Shown: positions 40,805 to 54,523, counted from the first letter of the stretch. The stretch: DNA of 64,000 nucleotides from Paramecium tetraurelia (GCA_000165425.1 CT868074.1:496001-560000); one strand, 5' to 3'. Notes: a model not told the origin generated them from the letters alone. Translations and numbers: made by a program.

Positions 40805-43800
40805 ATGAGTTCGGCTCCATCCACAAATAATGTGATTATCACTAAAGTGGAGATTGCTAGATTTACGATTTATTTAGTGTCCTTAATGGTTTCAGTGCTT
40901 ATGCAGATGCGAATGGAAGATTAAGGTATAATGAATACATCAGTTTAAAATTCGATGTTTTCAGGAATTTAAAATGTGTTTAAGTTTAATAATCAGACTC
41001 GATTCTCAATGTTGAATTGGGTGGACAAATAGTTGTATCATGGTTATTCATTGAATAACAATTCTACGGAGATGTATAGCAGGTTGATTCCGGTGAGTTT
41101 CCTTGAAATTCAAACTAAATATGCCAAGATTGATAGTTTGGTGAATGTTTGGGATAAGGATTTGACTGAAGACAAAGCAAACTAAGGATTTCAATAGCAA
41201 TATATTTATCCGTTCATCCAGCGATTTCCGCCGTACCCTGTATTCAAGAATATCAGCTTCATCGATGATGTTAGTGGGATAACTCTGGATTCATTGAAAC
41301 TAATTGATACTGGGTTTTTGACATCGAATACTCACTCATTGAAGGCTCAAGCATCATATTACAGTCCCAATTTGTAGATGATTGTAAACATTATTCTTAT
41401 GACTAGTGTGTAGTCAGAATCAATATGGAATTCAGTGCTGCTGGCTAATCGTATCAATTCATTCAATATGACTCATTTAGATTGAGTTTTTATTTAAACA
41501 AAACTGATTATATCAGAATGGCTTTTGAGATTTTGTTCTCAATCATTTATATCAACTATTTATATATGGAGGGTTACAAGATATATTTCAAGGTTTAGTT
41601 GGCATCAAAAGAAGATGATTTAAAAGTATAAGCATAAAAAAAGAAAGAATAACGTTTGAAGTCAAAGAAGGAAGCTAAAAAAAGAGGGGGTGTTGTTTAG
41701 GGAGAAGAAGGAGAAGTTAAGCATCTTTCTGTTCTAGGGGATAAAGTAGAATCCAAAAGTCGAGAGAAAATGGAGAAGGCTCAAAGAAAAACAAAGATTA
41801 TCATCAACGTTGTTATTCAACATATTTCTGATATCTGGAGTGCTATAGATGTGTTGATCTTAGTTATTCTTGGAATTGCTGCTTCAGAGTACATCAAGGC
41901 CATTTCATCTTAGCCATATTCTGACTCTTTGAATAATCTATTGGAGAACACCTCTACTTATTAATCTGTTTTTGAACCTGTTTATAAAGATATGCTGACT
42001 GGGATCTAAGTTTCTTATACTTTGAATGATGAATTTGCAGAACAGGCTGATATTTTAAGATTCTACAGAAGGTTTTGCGCAGTCGCACTCTTAATAATGT
42101 GGATCAAGTTGTTGAAGTATTTCATTAACATCTTTTAACGATTAATAAGTTACTTGGAGATCATCTTGAATGTTATTGAGTACATGATATTTTATTTAGT
42201 ATTGTTGGGAGCAATTTTGATATCATTTTCATTGTTCTTTTACTTTCAATACGGAAGTTAAATTTTCATTACCTCGACAATTGGAAGATCATTGTCTTAC
42301 ATCTTAGGATTTATGATAGCTCAAAATGATCAATTTAATGAATTGTTCAAGTATGATGAAGTCATCACATTCATAATGACCATCCTTTACTATGTTATTG
42401 TCATTATCATATTGTGTAATATGTTTTTCGTCTTTGTTAAATAAGAATATAATGAATATTAGATGAAGCTTGAGAAACAATCCTAAAAAAATAACAATTC
42501 CAAAAAACATGATGAGATGGTTAAATATATACATCCCTACTGGTATTTCTATAACATTGCTGAATATTTTGTCATGAGATTTTGGTTCACCTTAAAATTA
42601 TAACCCTCGAAATTTGATGATTATAATGAAAACAAAGAATTGCAATATGTAATTAACGAGAGAGAATTCAAAGAAAATCCACAAACCATCGACTTTAACG
42701 TCGATTTTGCTAACTTAATCAACCAATCAGTTGATGATGATGATAAGAATCAGAAATTCTTGATAGAGGAAGAAAAGGAAAGAATTCTAAGTAAATAGAA
42801 GATGGAACTTATTAAACTGATTTGGAAAACAGTGCTATTATTATTGATATTGTCCTTGAATTTCATTTTACTCTAAGAATTTTATAGTCCTGCTGATGCT
42901 TATTTGCAAAGTGATTCCATCTCAAGGAAAATTAGATATGATAGGTCCAATGCATAAAAACAATTCAAAGATTTAAATACTATTCAAGATATGACGGATT
43001 GGCTAATTTATGGATTCCCAGATCTTTTTGAAGACAATATATTTGGATAGAATGAGTTGGCAATCCTAAAAAATCAAAACCCAACAATAAATTTTAACTC
43101 CTCTTCATCTGATACTATCCTGTAATATCAACTTCAAGAATATGCTTTTGATAGTCTAATTAGAACTAGTTCATTGAATACTTTCAATATAGTTGTCAAT
43201 GATGTAATTAGAGTAACTATCAGAAGATCTTTGATGGTAAATAATACATTGGAAGAATTCTCTACCTTTGCTGCTCAAACTATGCTCCTATTTTTAAATT
43301 CTCCAACTGACAACATAGATTCAGAAAATGAGAATTATGAGAGTTTTTACGATGCCGACACCAATTTCACTATTGATTACGATGAATCCAATGGATTTGA
43401 AGGGGAAGGAGGTTTAGTTATGTTGCTGGAACCAAAATAATTGAGTCCTGTAATAGATTCGTTGTAGAAAGTCAAATTAATTGATAGCATCAGTTCCATA
43501 GCTATTTAATTTGTAACATTCAATCCTATTAATGCAAGAGGATTAGCACACATTAAATTGTCATTTACAATAAATCAATGTGGTGCTCTTTCCTTCAAAT
43601 TAATCGATGTGCAAGGTATTAAAAAGAACTCCTTATAATCGGTAAGTGAAATCAGTATTTTGATCTTGTCAGTCTCACTTATTATTGCTCTTTGCTATTA
43701 TTTATATGTGACCATAAAGACTATGTTACACAAGAATTTTTCTTATGACAGATGGTATAGCACCTACATATTACTATCATTAAATAGATCATAATTATAC

Positions 43801-45540
43801 ATGAGAGAAAGACATATGCCTGAGTTTATAAGAAAATCGCTTTTTTTAATGGATATCTCATAGTTGCTCAATTTATTGTTTTTGACTCTTCTAGGAGCTC
43901 AGATTACATTGATATTGTATTACTTCTTTTAGGTGAATACTTTGATTTAAGGATCTCAGATATTCAGTACTTCAATCAATGATTTATTGCCTTCAACATT
44001 GTTTTCTGTGAATTAGAATGTGGATAAGTATGTTTTCTTTAGTTAGGTCTAGAAAATTGGAGATAATAGTAAGTTAATTGGGGCATTTGGCTCATGTGCA
44101 ATTTTGGTGTTGTGTTTAGAAATTTTATATTTACTTTCACACAATAAAGATTTTTAAACCTTGACAAACTCAATAAAGTACACCTTATCTCATCTACCAT
44201 TCATTTTAATTATCCTATTGGGTATAATCGTGGCTTTTTCATCGATGGCTCACTTAGTTTTGGGCACTGATCTCATTTAATATTCTACATTCTTTGGAAC
44301 TATTGTTAAAATGCTTGATTTCATTTCGAAAATAGATGATATATCATTCTTTCGTCTCGATGATAGAACCTTAGAATTCTATCTCATGATAATACCTTAC
44401 ACCATCACCGTTAGATTTATCATCATGAATATGTTCTTTGCTATCACATTAAGAGGTTATTTGCTAAGCAAAGAAAAATATGCTGAAGAATAACAAAATC
44501 AGAAATCGCATCCTTTGTCATTAACTTCTCAAGAGTTCGTTATGCTATCTATTCAAATGTTTACATTTAAGGAAAAACTTATTAAGGTTGGATCTGATTA
44601 ATATTTAATGCAAATTATTAAGTAATTCCAGCCAATCAAGGTTTATACTTCAATCAAGGACAACATAAGAAATCAGACAAACTTAACAGCCATGAAGGCT
44701 TGGGCTGAAGAATGTGCAAAAGAGATTAAGGATGAGAAGGAAATAAGGAAACCACTTGATGTTGCCTGTCATGAATTGTTGTAGGCTTACATCGATCAAA
44801 ATAACAAGGGGGAATTTGATATCCTACAAAGATTGAATACCGATCCAAAGAGAAAATTAATTGAATTCTCTTTGAAATTGACATACATAAATTATTTTAG
44901 ATTTGCTATTGATTAATTAGATAAATTTACAGTCTTTTTTACAAAGAAAAGAGAACAAATCAGATCTATCTTGTTTTCTGACAGCAAAGGAGAAGATTAC
45001 AAAAAGATGGTCTACATTTGTTCTTTGGAAGCTCAACTGGAGGAGAATATTTAAAGCATGACCTTTATAAAATAAGAACTCTTAGCCTTGGGATTTGATA
45101 TTGGTGAGGCAGGTGAAATTGACAGCAAAGAGAATGTCATCAAAGTCAAACAATAAAAATAACAAACTTTAAAAGCCTCATTTTAAAATCCCATGTCTGA
45201 TAGGATATTCTAGTTGACCAAATTAAAACCAGATAACACAAAAGATCTGAAAAACTCCCCTGAACCATCAGATAATGAACCTGATCAAGATAACTAATTT
45301 GCTGAATCACGTATATAACAAACAATTAAGCCTTCCACGTTTAAATAAGCACAAACTATTGAAGTAAAATAGGATGATCCAAGAATAAAAGAGAACAAGG
45401 ATCAATAATAAGGTGAAACTACAGAAAAGTCAACAGATGAAAAACCCAAATCTGATCAGCCAGTATAGCCAGAATAGAAAGTTGGAAAGGGGATCGTTAA
45501 AAACATGTTTTAAGTGGGAGATAAGAAATCAAAAAAATGA
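40805..45540 (+). CDS. Polycystin-2 (PKD2/TRPP)-like cation channel with two tandem channel modules
   Basis: Module 1: S1, TOP-like (YYSPNLQMICVVRINMEFSAAG), IWSAID, LIMWIKLLKYF, S5-pore-S6 ending LCNMFFVFV. Module 2: S1, FKDLNTIQDMTDWL, QFVTFNPINA, S5 AFSSMAHLVLG, YSTF, S6 IIMNMFFAIT. Confidence 0.8.
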
Positions 45541-45675
45541 CTAATTAGAATATACAATTATTTATTCATATCTAAATTTTATACAGACTGCAATAAAAAT
45601 TCTAATTTTGATATTAAAATACACTAGGTATATAATAATAAATTATTAATTATTAACGAGTTTTTATTTCTTCAA

Positions 45676-47236
45676 ATGCTACGAAAAGACAGTTCTTACA
45701 GAGAAATATCCTTAACGGACTCCATAGAGCAGAAATCATTTTTAAACTTAACCAGAAAACCATCCAATGCTGATTTTAAAGGAAAGACACCCTTAGGTGT
45801 CTAAAACAAAGATAATAAGGAGAATTCATCTGCAAGAATTCATTCTGATACACCTCCATAAGACTTTTTTTTTAAAAGAGAAGTCATCAAATCGGAGAAA
45901 TAGTTACCCAATGAGAAAACAGCAATATATAATGATGCATCAAGATTTTAATCATCCAAAACGTATATGGAATGCAGGATGGAATAAGTAGAACAGCGCA
46001 GAAAAACCTAAAGTCCATAGTTATTGTCCATGACTCCTGTTCAGAATAAGTAAATCATTCAAGAAAGTTATAATCATCTCCAATAACCATAATAATAATA
46101 ATAACAAACAGTTTAAAGTTCGATCAATTTAACTAGAAAGGCTTCAGTTGTTCCTTCAAGAGGGTTATCTACCTTATCTTCCCCAACTCCTAAAGAAGGA
46201 GATTTTAATATCTATAAACAGCAGAGCAGCATACCAGCATCATATTTGGATTCAGTTGTTACTAATAGAAATAACAAAAATTATACTGTTCCGGAACAGT
46301 AATAATAATAATAACCACAATAACAATAATAATAATAATATTTATAATAATAATAGTAACAATAACAACAATAATAAGAATAGAAAAATCCCTCTCTAAA
46401 ATTATACTACATTACTTCGCTAATTAAGGCTTTTAAAATGAAAGGTCCAAATTCAGCAAAAGAGCATCTCATTCATAATATGCAGGTAAAAATTGATCAC
46501 ACAATTTAAGGGAATCATAATCGCTAAGAAGCTAAAAGTACCCCCAGTTAAGAAAGCCATAACATTGCCAGTGACTGACAAGAAAACTCTGCTGTTTGAC
46601 TTGGACGAAACATTAGTGCATTGTAACTCAAATAGTTTTATCCCTGGAGATGTTTTACTCAATATAAATCACGAAGGAGAGAAGATGGAAGTATAGAAAC
46701 AATATAAAAATATAGGCTTCTTTGAATATTAGACCTTATACCTCTCATTTACTTTAGTCGTTAAGTAGAAATTTCGAATTGATTGTATTTACTGCTTCTC
46801 AATCACATTATGCTAATGCGGTGATAGATTATTTAGATCCATAGAAAAAGTGGATAAGTCACAGATTCTATAGAGAACACTGCATACCTACAGATGATGG
46901 ACATTTCATTAAGGATCTTCGTATTTTTACAACAAGAAAACTAAGTGATATGTTGTTAATTGACAATGCTCCTCATTCTTATCTTTATTAAATTTAAAAT
47001 GGGGTGCCAATCATACCTTACATCGACAATAAGTCAGATGAAGTAAATATCAGTTTTTAATCAATTAGGAATTGAAATCGTTATTGTAATATTTGATGTA
47101 ATTTAAGAATGTTAAGGATGTGAGAGAATTGAATATGTAGCAAATGAAATTGCATCGTTTTTCAGAATATGATGACCCTCAAGAACTATTAAAATGTGAA
47201 TTTAATGAATACTAATTATAATCCGTTTTATTATGA
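45676..47236 (+). CDS. CTD small phosphatase-like (FCP1/SCP, NIF family) HAD phosphatase with Q-rich N-terminus
   Basis: KKTLLFDLDETLVHC, IRPY, VFTAS, FYREHC, IKDLR, IDN, QNGVPI. Several tiny introns. Confidence 0.92.
46295..46380 (+). repeat. TAA/CAA trinucleotide tract encoding poly-Gln inside the CTD phosphatase gene
   Basis: In-frame runs of taa/caa/tag. The ORF track misreads them as poly-Asn in another frame. Confidence 0.8.
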
Positions 47237-48488
47237 TTAAATCACTTTTTATATGTGCCTTGCTTATAGGATTGAGTGTAGCCTCACTCTCAGAAGAAGG
47301 TGAAGTTATAGCCAAATTGACATAATTGGAACAAAGTGAATTTGGTCGATATTTGATTCACACAATTTAACTGGAGATGGAAACATCTGACAGTTTAGAC
47401 CACTTAATCAACGTACTAGAAAAGTTAGAAGGACGTTACTAAGATGATTAAAAAGAAGATGATGCAAACAATAGACTCTATTAGGATTAATGTGACTCAG
47501 ACATTGGTTCACTTGATAAAGACATTGCCAATAGCTAATATTCAATTCTACAACTTGAGGCAAAACTAGAAGGTAATCTCATTCCTGCTAGATCAATCCA
47601 ATAAGGTGTTGAAAAGGCTAAATCGGCAGAAATTAAGCGTAATATTTCCCTTTTAATTTAGAATACACCCAAGAAATATAAGAACTCGACGAGGAGAGAC
47701 AAGAACAAAATGAAGTTTATGAAGCTAAAATTGCTGAACATTATGAAGCCTCCAAAATCATCAGAGAAGCTCAAGCAATTATTAAGGATGGACTCTAAAG
47801 ACCCTCTTTGGCAGAAGTGAAGAAGAATGGCAAAAATGTTCTTAGAATAGCTCCCAATGTTTTAGCTTAAGTATCCTCAAGTTTGGGTGGATCAATTAAT
47901 AAGATCAGATAAACTCACAGATTTACTAAAGCTTATGCAAGCATTTTCAAGGTGTTGTTAACAATCATGAATAAATCTGAATCTACTGCTGATGAAGGAT
48001 CTGTTGAGAAGTATTTTAATACATTTATATTGAACACTCTAGAATAATTCAACTCTGCAGTGATTTATTGGCCAAGATTGATGACAGTACTAACTTAGAA
48101 AGATTTGCTGAAGACAAGAGAGTTTAGGCTTATGAAAAACACAAGCATTTATTAAATAGAGATTTATAATCTGCTTAATCTATTTTAGCCAACACTCAAG
48201 CAACTTTATAAAGGTTATTCTCATTTTTAAATATTTAGTTTGAATGATTAAATTTAACAGGCCCAAAACTCCATTGCCACCATATAATAAAGATTAGATT
48301 ATTATTAAGATACTAGATAATAAAGATACACTGAATGCGAGGAAGCTGCCTATGATTATCAATAGGCTAGAAGTGCCAGAGATAACAATAAACAATTAGT
48401 ATCTGACTTAATTGGTTTAGTCAATAAACACCTAAGAGTTCTCAGAGAACAATTAGCACTTAGAGTTGCAGCTGGTGATAATATATGA
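47233..48488 (+). CDS. Trichocyst matrix protein precursor
   Basis: Signal MIKSLFICALLIGLSVA, then LEQSEFGRYLIHTIQLEM, EDDANNRLYQDQC, coiled coils, central PSLAEV segment and late EC.....DY...R. Three tiny introns. Confidence 0.8.
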
Positions 48489-48617
48489 AATACATTTGGA
48501 TTATTTCTATTATAATTAATTGAACTCTTCTTTTATGGGGCTAGAAACTATGACACTTGCATAATATGGCATCTCATAAAATACTTTCTATTCAAATTAA
48601 TATAAATATATTAATAA

Positions 48618-49103
48618 ATGATAAATTAAGACAGTGCAGATCTTGACATATAACAGGAAGGCTTTGATTTTTAAAAATTCTTTGACAAAAAATGTTCGAA
48701 TTAAGAACCTCAAAAGGAAGAGGTCCATAAATCTAATTAGTCTGAAAGCTAATAACAATGTTAAGGGGATACTTTAAGGGCATTAGTCAAGAATATTAAA
48801 ATTGAAAAACAAGTAGCGGGAAGAAATAAGAAAAATAAAAAGATTTAATGGAATGAAAAGAACACCAAGATATTTAAAGATCTCTATTAATAATATTCAG
48901 GCAATTTGGATTAAATCCTTTTATACTTTTAACAAAACAATGAATTAAAAACAAAAATTGATATTAAATAAATTAAAGTATAATCGTATAATTATAATTA
49001 CTAGAATAAATTTAAAATAGAAAAGAAAAAAAAAAACTTGACTTTGCTCTCAAAGTCTCAAATAATATCCAAAAATCTTAATTACTAGCTAAAATTGGAC
49101 TGA
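48618..49103 (+). CDS. Small SANT/Myb-like protein (BDP1-type SANT)
   Basis: WNEKNTKIFKDLYQQYSGNLDQI...KQIK|NKFKIEKK resembles the BDP1 SANT pattern (W...ET..F......G.DF..I...RKQIKNKFK.EEK). Confidence 0.55.
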
Positions 49104-49199
49104 ATTAAATTGATTTTAATTAAATTATATATTCCATCTGATATTTTTCTGACTATTTTTAAAGTACATAATTTTTTACATTTTCAGAATCACTAAATA

Positions 49200-50626
49200 A
49201 TGAATATTGTATAGAAAAAGCGGGAAGAATTTTCAATCAACATCAGGAAGTAAAAGAGAGAAGAATTGTTTAAATCCAAGAGAGTCTCTAATACCCAATA
49301 TTTACCATTTTCTGATACTACGACAATGCTATCAGAAATTTATTAGAATGCATATTACCAAAAATAGTGTCCAAACAATGTTTAACTTAATGAAACTATC
49401 TAAAAGATTTTCAAAATATCTGAATTAGCAGATGCATTTAATTAGCATGATTGCGAAAAAAATTATGATACCTCTTCTGATGTTGAAATTATATTTGACA
49501 TCATTGGCAAAGGATATCCAGTCTTAGATGTATTAAATTATATGTATTTAAGAGAGCCTGCTTGTAGATATTGTTATCCTTTACACTTCCAAGTCATTTG
49601 ACATGCAAGCCAATTTTAAAGTATATTCCTACTTTGTTGAAATTTTTCAACGAAACTCAGTATGAGGAACTCAAATAGACAGTTCTGTTTATTTTCTCAA
49701 ATCTAGCAGCCGACTGTTATTAATGCAGAGATGCCATTTTAATTTATGAAATACCTTAAGCAGTATTCTAAGCAATTCATTAAACCACAAATGAATTAAT
49801 GAATGATCTAGCTTAAATTCTAATTAATATCTCAAGAACTCAACCTCTAATGTCGAATTTCAACTAAATTTAAATGATTAAATTATGTTGGCAACTATTT
49901 CCGTTTTTATAGGGCCATGAATATATAGCTGGAATTTTGTAACTCATTTAAAAAATTTGTTTGAAGGATAAAAATTTATTAGATATGAATTTCCTCAGTG
50001 GTATTTGTTAAGATTACTCAAATTCTGATCTTTATTTAAATGAAATATTGGCTTTGATTAAAATAATGTCATATTTTGACAGAAACAGATATGAGCAAAT
50101 TGAAAACAACATTCTAAATTTTCTAATAGTTAAAGTAAATTAAATTCTTTTGAATGGAAATTTAGATAAACATTTTCAAAAGTAGATCAACAAAGTGTTG
50201 AGTATTTTCACAAATATGATTGTTGAAAACCCTAAATTAATCTTTAATGCCCTTGATACGAATATCATATAATTATTTAGATTTAATGAATAATTATAAG
50301 AAACCTATGATGAGATCTTTTGTAGCATTTATTATTATTCCTTTTATTATTAGACCATCAACAATTTAAACTAAAGCCAAATAAAATAATTTATATAATT
50401 GTTTTAGCCGATATAATAAATGATAAACTTGTTAGATTAAAATATGAATAATTAGGATATTATCATCGATATTTTAAGAATCTTAGAGATGATTTTACAA
50501 AAAGACATAGAATCTATTGCTGTGTTTATAAAGCTAAATGGGGAATAATATTTAGCTGAATTATCCTAACATGAAAATGAGGAAGTGTATAAAATATGTG
50601 AAAAGATTTTTGAAATCATTAATTGA
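49200..50626 (+). CDS. Importin-alpha-like ARM protein (divergent)
   Basis: IBB-like KKREEFSINIRKQKREELFKSKR, then NLAADCYQCRDAIL and C-terminal LSQHENEEVYKICEKI. Confidence 0.75.
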
Positions 50627-50835
50627 ATTTATTTTATTTTTGAATTTTTGAATATAAACAATTATTATTCTGATAGTATAGAATTATTCTGTCAATATCT
50701 GTTCATTATGAATTCCAATTTAGGGGCAGATCTCACTTCTTTGATTCAAAAAGAAGTGAATTAAAGATTGCTTGAAACCTTCTGGGCTTTCTCTTAATAT
50801 TTAACAGATCAATTAATTAATTTATATAACAATTC

Positions 50836-51144
50836 ATGGATGGGACTGCAATAACATAGCTGAAAACTTAATTATAAAAACTAAAAGAGGAAAAAGAAGA
50901 GCTATAGAATGATGTCTAAGAAGAAAGGACAGTCGTTGCTCAAATGTAATAAGAATTAGCATAACTTAAATAATAATAATAAATGTAAGGAGGATAATTG
51001 CGAGATAAAGAATTAGCACTTTAGGATTACAATCGTATGATAAAGGAAAGTGAAACTATATTGAAAAAGTTAATCGAAACATCTAGTAATTTTTTAAAGA
51101 CTTTGGAAGGGGAAACAAGTAAGTTAAAGAATCAAAAAAAATGA
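50836..51144 (+). CDS. SSNA1/DIP13/NA14-like microtubule-associated coiled-coil protein
   Basis: 102-aa coiled coil ending DYNRMIKESETILKKLIETSSNFLKTLEGE, parallel to the SSNA1 C-terminus. Confidence 0.7.
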
Positions 51145-51461
51145 AAATATCAAAAAATATTTATTACCATCATTCTATTTAATATTAAATTTCTTTTGTT
51201 TATATTTCAAAGAACTTTGGATTTTAAATTTCATTAAATTATCCACTTTCTTAAAATTTCAATTGCAATAAATAATTTATTTTAATAAGAATTGATAAAA
51301 ACACATATAATATCAAATTTCTTTGTGTTTGAATATCATGAGCAATTTAGAATTGAAATGAATAGAGAAAAAGAAATATCTCTAATTTATTATAATAGTA
51401 CTAATATAAACTCACATTTCAAATAAATAAAATCAAATTGAATTGTTTTCTTTCGAAAAAA

Positions 51462-51803
51462 ATGTCTTAATTTTAAACTTTAGACTTGGGGGTTTCTAGT
51501 GAAACTAAATCTATAATCCATAAATCTATACTGAAAAATCCATAGCGGTGTTTTAATCAAAGTAAAGTTAGATTGGATTGGGCAGGGAATTAAGTAGTCA
51601 AAGGTGGATTACATAAAATAGTTTTCTTAAACTAAGATGATACTCCTCGAACATTTATGGATATATTAACTAATGATTTTACGGAATCATGTGATACTGT
51701 TATTCACAAAAAAAAAAAAAACCTTAATTATTAATAAGCAGAAAATTATATCAAAAATCAGTGTGAAGAAAGTTAATAATCTAATTGTTGTTTAATTTAA
51801 TGA
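51462..51803 (+). CDS. 113-aa protein with SILK, RVxF-type (KIVF) and C-terminal CaaX (CCLIQ) motifs
   Basis: Intronless in code 6: ...HKSILKNP...RLDWAGNQVVKGGLHKIVF...SNCCLIQ then TGA. Confidence 0.7.
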
Positions 51804-51944
51804 ATTATTTTTGACTATTTGAATATTGTATTAAATAAATTTAGAATAGTTCTTCAACTATGTCTTGAAACATTATATTTATTTGTAGTAATTATATATG
51901 ATAAATAAAATACAATATAATAATAAAAAGTTCCATCAATTCAT

Positions 51945-53664
51945 TCAGAGTAGGCTCTGTTTTTAAAAGAGTTATTAGAATAACTATTTTATAAGGATCA
52001 ATCTATACGATGTTTCGTCATCAGTAGTAATCCATAATTAATTTTATTATAAATTTCTTAAGGTAAGAGGTTATTCAAATGAGTGATACTTATTAAGGTT
52101 TTCTGAGGCTTCGTAATTATTAAGAAGCAAGATTGATTCTTTGATTTTGCTGGAATCAGTTTCTTAGTACTAAAAACTGTATTTTATTTCATCAATAGAT
52201 TTACAAGTTTAATTTTTACTTTCTGATCTTCTTGTCTATAGATCCTTAAAACCTAGGAATGAATATGCAAGAGACGTATATAGATCTGTTTACTTTTTAT
52301 TTTTTATTGCCATTTTAAATATTTCTGAATTCAAATTGTTTCCTATTTTCTTCACATGGATGTTAATCACTTGGATCAAATTTAATAAAGGAGCTGATAT
52401 GTATCTTATTAAACTAGTGGTTATAAGTACTAAGAATATGCATATTCCAACATAAATTTACACATCTTGGATCAGACTCTTCCTAATTGTATCAACCAGA
52501 TCTTACAATTTTTCCCCAATTTCTATTTCATAACTCATATTTTTGAAACTTAAAAATACTTTGATCATCTTACACAATTAAAGTTAGGTTTTCCTTTTCA
52601 AAGTTAAAAGCATTTACAAAGACAGGTTTCTTAAAAATTTTATTCTCAAGATAAAAATTAGTTTCTACTGCATTTTTCTACTTGGAATTCTTTTATACTA
52701 AGTCCCAATCCGACTAATTAAATCCTGTGTATGTTTCATTTGTGATTGTAATAAGCACATTAGTTTTTGATATAGATGGCATTGTTGTCAAAATAATATC
52801 CCCATTTTAATTGACCAAAAATATACTCATAGGTATACTTTGGATATTTTTATCGTAAATTTCCTACAGTTAGGAGGTAATTCCAAATAAGGTTGAATTA
52901 ATAATCAAGGAATATGTCAGTGAAAAATACGGCATAAAACTTCTTACTGATGTGTAAATTGGAGAGTAAAAATATTCTGATTTTGGATTAATCTCATATT
53001 GGGCAATATGATTCGTATACCTAAATATTATTTCAATATTACCAAGGTCGAGTACTTGGGACATAATTTTTGTATTTATACATTCGAGGATATTGTGCGA
53101 ATATTTAATTATTTGGTACATCAATAAATGAAATCTTATTTTATTCATCCCCTAGAAACAGCTATGAGAATGGAATCAATAAGGAAATGGTTTAATTGAG
53201 CAAAATTGCTTGACTGTCATATTATTTTGTGTATAATCCTTAACAAAAAATGTCTGAATTATAAATTATATTATCCTCACTAATATCCTCCTATTCAACA
53301 CAATCTTAAAACTAATTCACTTTGATTTAGAACTAGGACTGCTTCTATATCAATTAATAAAACATTTATTACGAATGCCATAGATTTAAAATTGCTAATT
53401 ATAATTGCCATAATTAATACTCTGATAATTTTTCTATTGAATGTAAATTCGCAATTCTCTAGAGATATTATTTACAAGACTCTTCTCTTATTTTAAAGTT
53501 AATGCTTGTTCCACTTCTTGAACGTAAGAGAAGAATATCGCTTATTGTATATGTCCTGTTGTCATGACAAGTAAAACGGCAAGTATTATTATCAACAGAT
53601 TAACTATTATTATCTAGTTACTCATTCTGAGATTCTTAAACCACAAACTTAGTTTATTGAGCAT
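51945..53664 (-). CDS. Two-TM protein with a large extracytoplasmic, possibly Cache-like domain
   Basis: N-terminal TM (QIIIVNLLIIILAVLLV), long loop containing YFYSPIY, and a second TM followed by a HAMP-like start (ISAPLLNLIQVI). The domain call is tentative. Confidence 0.5.
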
Positions 53665-54523
53665 GAATAATTTAAATATTTATATTACAAGATTTAATAA
53701 TGAGTCATTAAATATGTAACAATATAATTTATACGTTATTATCTTATTATTGAAGAGTCTAAATAATATTTATGAATCTTCTTTTGAATAAAGTGTTTAG
53801 ACAGTATTATTTACCTAAACTTTGTAGGGAAATTAAAATTAGAATTGTACTGTAATCTCAATCAGAGAATGGCAGGGACTACCATGAACATAAAACTTAA
53901 ATAATTAATGTTAAATTTCATTTATTTTAATAATAAAAATTATTTATAAATGATATTCTATAACTACTTAAAAATTTCCTGTAATCAAAAGTAACATTAC
54001 TATTTCACTTCACATTATAAAAATCTGATATTTTTTTTGGATAACAAAATAAAGTCTTCAATCTCAAAAGCTTATTAGTATTTTCATCTTTATTCTTATT
54101 ATTGCAATATATTCTCCTCCTAATTTTTTCTCTCATGGATTCAATATGATTTATTTTATTCATCAGCACTAGGAATATAAACTCAAATCTAGAATTGAAT
54201 GTAAGAATAATTATTAGTCATTTTATACTGTACAAAAATTAATTATATTTTATTAAAGTTATATAAACATCTAATTACTAAAATAAAAAATTAATTCATA
54301 AAACCTAGATTTTTATTGGTAAACTCTATTTTTATGACGGATAATCACATACAGATTATCGACTTGTTTTATAGTTAAATTCCATTTAGAGATTTATTCC
54401 CATTACAAAATAGTGTTATATAAAAATCTAAGAAATTATAATATAATTAGTTATAAACATATTTTAACTTAGAAGAGAATTGGAATTTGGAGTATTTTTT
54501 AAATTATTTTTTTTGAATATAGT

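Noticed and set aside
40351..40842. 163-aa and 72-aa minus-strand ORFs and a strong purine skew
   Set aside because: Antisense shadow of the Gly/Glu/Lys/Trp-rich MORN repeats.
46148..46399. Poly-Asn ORF in the track
   Set aside because: Wrong frame of a TAA/CAA poly-Gln tract in the phosphatase gene.
53700..54500. Long AT-rich gap (also 18730-19170 and 25400-26040) as possible ncRNA, IES or transposon
   Set aside because: No tRNA cloverleaf, terminal inverted repeats or telomeric repeats were seen. IES status cannot be judged without germline sequence.
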